Shown one piece after another: positions 62,660-64,000 of a stretch of DNA of 64,000 nucleotides (its first letter is position 1; each line of letters begins with the position of its first letter). The position numbers were made by a program, and so were the translations under genes. The stretch covers positions 5,852 through 69,851 of the forward strand of contig DASZZM010000092.1 in assembly GCA_035544895.1 (NCBI GenBank). Reading direction: 5' to 3'. The DNA comes from Thermoanaerobaculia bacterium. GTDB taxonomy: Bacteria; Acidobacteriota; Thermoanaerobaculia; Multivoradales; UBA5704. The notes below the pieces were generated by a model. The model did no database searches. It was not told the DNA's origin and worked only from the letters and a program-made list of their open reading frames with translations.

Positions 62660-62810
62660 CTCAGCTACGCTCGCATGCTCCACACAGCGCCTTCATTGTC
62701 TCCCGCGTGCTTCCCCGGCGCTTCCCCAGGGTCTAGTGCGTCTTCACCTTGAATCTCGCAACTTACTCTATGATATGGAGTTATGATCAAGGTCTCCTTC
62801 AGCCCTTCAC
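62660..62810 (-). repeat. right arm of about 150-bp inverted repeat pair (IR-R)
   Basis: Reverse complement of 62660..62810 aligns with 55405..55554, including tgtcccgtctgtgaagggc…ataactc(a/c)atatcatagagtaagttgcgagattcaaggtgaagacgca…ggaagcacgcgg…gtggagcatgcgagcgtagctgag. Confidence 0.8.
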
Positions 62811-62870
62811 AGACGGGACACCAGTACCTCGCTCTACCCCTCGCCCACGTCGCCAGCGAGGCTCGAGTGT

Positions 62871-63395
62871 CTATCCGGGCTGAGCGATCTTGAGCAGCTC
62901 GACTTCGAAGCGCAACGAGGCGCCGGGGGGAACGATGGCGCCGGCGCCTTGCCGGCCATAGCCGAGCTCGGGGGGAACGACCAGTCGCCGCTTGCCGCCC
63001 ACGCGCATGCCGGCGATGCCCTCGTCCCAAGCCTTGATCACCTGGCCCTTGCCGAGCTGGAAACGGTACGGCTGCTTGGGATCGAGACTCTCGTCGAACT
63101 TGCGCCCATCGCTTTCGAGCCAACCGGTGAACAGGACCTCGACGATGCTTCCGGACTTCGCTTCCGCGCCTTCGCCGACCTTGAGATCGAAATACTTCAA
63201 GCCCGAAGGAGTGACGATCTCCTTGGCCTCTTCTTTCGCCGGTTCCACCGGCTTGAGCTCCTGCTGCGCCACGCCAGTGGCCGGCGGCGTGGATTGCACG
63301 GCCATCGCGGCCATCGCAGCCATCGCGGTCATCGCAGCCATCGCAGCCATGGCGGTCGCCAGGAGAGCAGGCGCCAAAAACCGGAAATGACTCAT
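62871..63395 (-). CDS. FKBP-type peptidyl-prolyl cis-trans isomerase, secreted
   Basis: …GLKYFDLKVGEGAEAKSGSIVEVLFTGWLESDGRKFDES…FQLGKGQVIKAWDEGIAGMRVGGKRRLVVPPELGYG…GASLRFEVELL is an FKBP domain; signal peptide carries (AMA)n. Confidence 0.85.
   Translation of the reverse strand: MSHFRFLAPALLATAMAAMAAMTAMAAMAAMAVQSTPPATGVAQQELKPVEPAKEEAKEIVTPSGLKYFDLKVGEGAEAKSGSIVEVLFTGWLESDGRKFDESLDPKQPYRFQLGKGQVIKAWDEGIAGMRVGGKRRLVVPPELGYGRQGAGAIVPPGASLRFEVELLKIAQPG
63301..63354. repeat. 9-bp tandem repeat x6 (gccatcgcr) inside the FKBP signal-peptide coding region
   Basis: gccatcgcg gccatcgca gccatcgcg gtcatcgca gccatcgca gccatggcg encodes AMAAMAAMTAMAAMAAMA on the minus strand, in frame. Confidence 0.8.
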
Positions 63396-64000
63396 GACGG
63401 ATCTCCCTTCCGCGAGCGATGGCGGGCTGGCAAGCCAGGATCATACCCCGCCGGGCGCGCGCGCGGCTTTGCGTCCGGGCCGCCCGTGTTCGCCACCGGG
63501 CCCCGGCGGTGCGCCACTCTCCCTCGCTTGACCACCGCGGCGACCGGGTTGATGCCGAAGTGATAAGCGAGGTGCAGAAGGTTGGGCGCGTCGAGCAGCA
63601 CCAGATCGGCCTGCTTCCCCGCCTCGATCGATCCCAGCCGGTCGCCCAGCCCGAGGCAGCAGGCGGCGTTGAGAGTGGCGGCGGTGAGGCTCTCCTCGAC
63701 CGACAGGCCGAGCTCGAAAACGGCGAGCACCAGAACCATTGGCATCGACTCGGTGTGCGACGACCCCGGGTTGCAATCCGTCCCCAGCGCCACCGGCACA
63801 CCCGCCTCGATCAGCCGCCTTGCCGGAGCATAGCGGTGCTGGCGCAGGAAGAAACTCGTGCCGGGCAGCAGCACGGCGGTGACCTGCGAGCACGCCAGTG
63901 CCTCGATGCCGGCGGGCGACACCGCCATCAGATGGTCAGCCGAGAGGGCGCCGAGCTCGGCCGCCAGCCGCGCGCCACCGGAATCGACGAACTCGTCGGC
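63392..64000 (-). CDS. amidohydrolase, imidazolonepropionase (HutI)-like; 5' end beyond window
   Basis: …VALGTDCNPGSS…LGSIEAGKQADLVLLDA… are C-terminal HutI/amidohydrolase motifs; ATG-TGA overlap with the FKBP gene. Confidence 0.65.
   Translation of the reverse strand, partial: ADEFVDSGGARLAAELGALSADHLMAVSPAGIEALACSQVTAVLLPGTSFFLRQHRYAPARRLIEAGVPVALGTDCNPGSSHTESMPMVLVLAVFELGLSVEESLTAATLNAACCLGLGDRLGSIEAGKQADLVLLDAPNLLHLAYHFGINPVAAVVKRGRVAHRRGPVANTGGPDAKPRARPAGYDPGLPARHRSRKGDPS

Overview
High-GC (about 68%) bacterial chromosomal window, probably an Acidobacteriota-like genome judging by gene content (GWxTD, DUF4252, BamD, CpoB; tentative). Most of it is housekeeping. The recognisable genes and operons are: rlmN (runs off the 5' edge), tatA, cpoB-bamD, nfo, uppS-cdsA-rseP, truA, uvrD, gap-pgk-tpiA-secG with tRNA-Leu(GAG), tsaD, lrp, lepA, a Wzm/Wzt-type ABC exporter, and glycerate kinase. 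Many six-frame ORFs in the supplied track are antisense or wrong-frame artefacts of the GC-rich coding strand and are rejected below. The accessory or unusual content is: (1) a 7.4-kb segment (55405..62810) bracketed by about 150-bp near-identical inverted repeats. It carries an IS66 transposase C-terminal remnant, an AT-rich membrane-protein gene, a 1.7-kb ORF-less structured region, and a 1290-aa STAND/NACHT NTPase fused to an N-terminal calcineurin-like metallophosphoesterase and C-terminal helical repeats (a candidate NLR-like defense gene). (2) A ClpX-like AAA+ ATPase lacking the zinc-finger domain, tightly coupled to a 690-aa HExxH...E metallopeptidase-like protein, with an 11-bp x3 tandem repeat sitting on its start codon. 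(3) A 1380-aa secreted Gly-rich protein with a C-terminal C25 (gingipain-like) cysteine peptidase domain, next to a HepT/MNT toxin-antitoxin pair. (4) A family of about 120-bp REP/MITE-like hairpin repeats (6 copies). Two copies sit in-frame at the 5' ends of mobA and tsaD, leaving no canonical start codon, and one coincides with a truncated ECF sigma factor gene. No CRISPR array or rRNA was seen.
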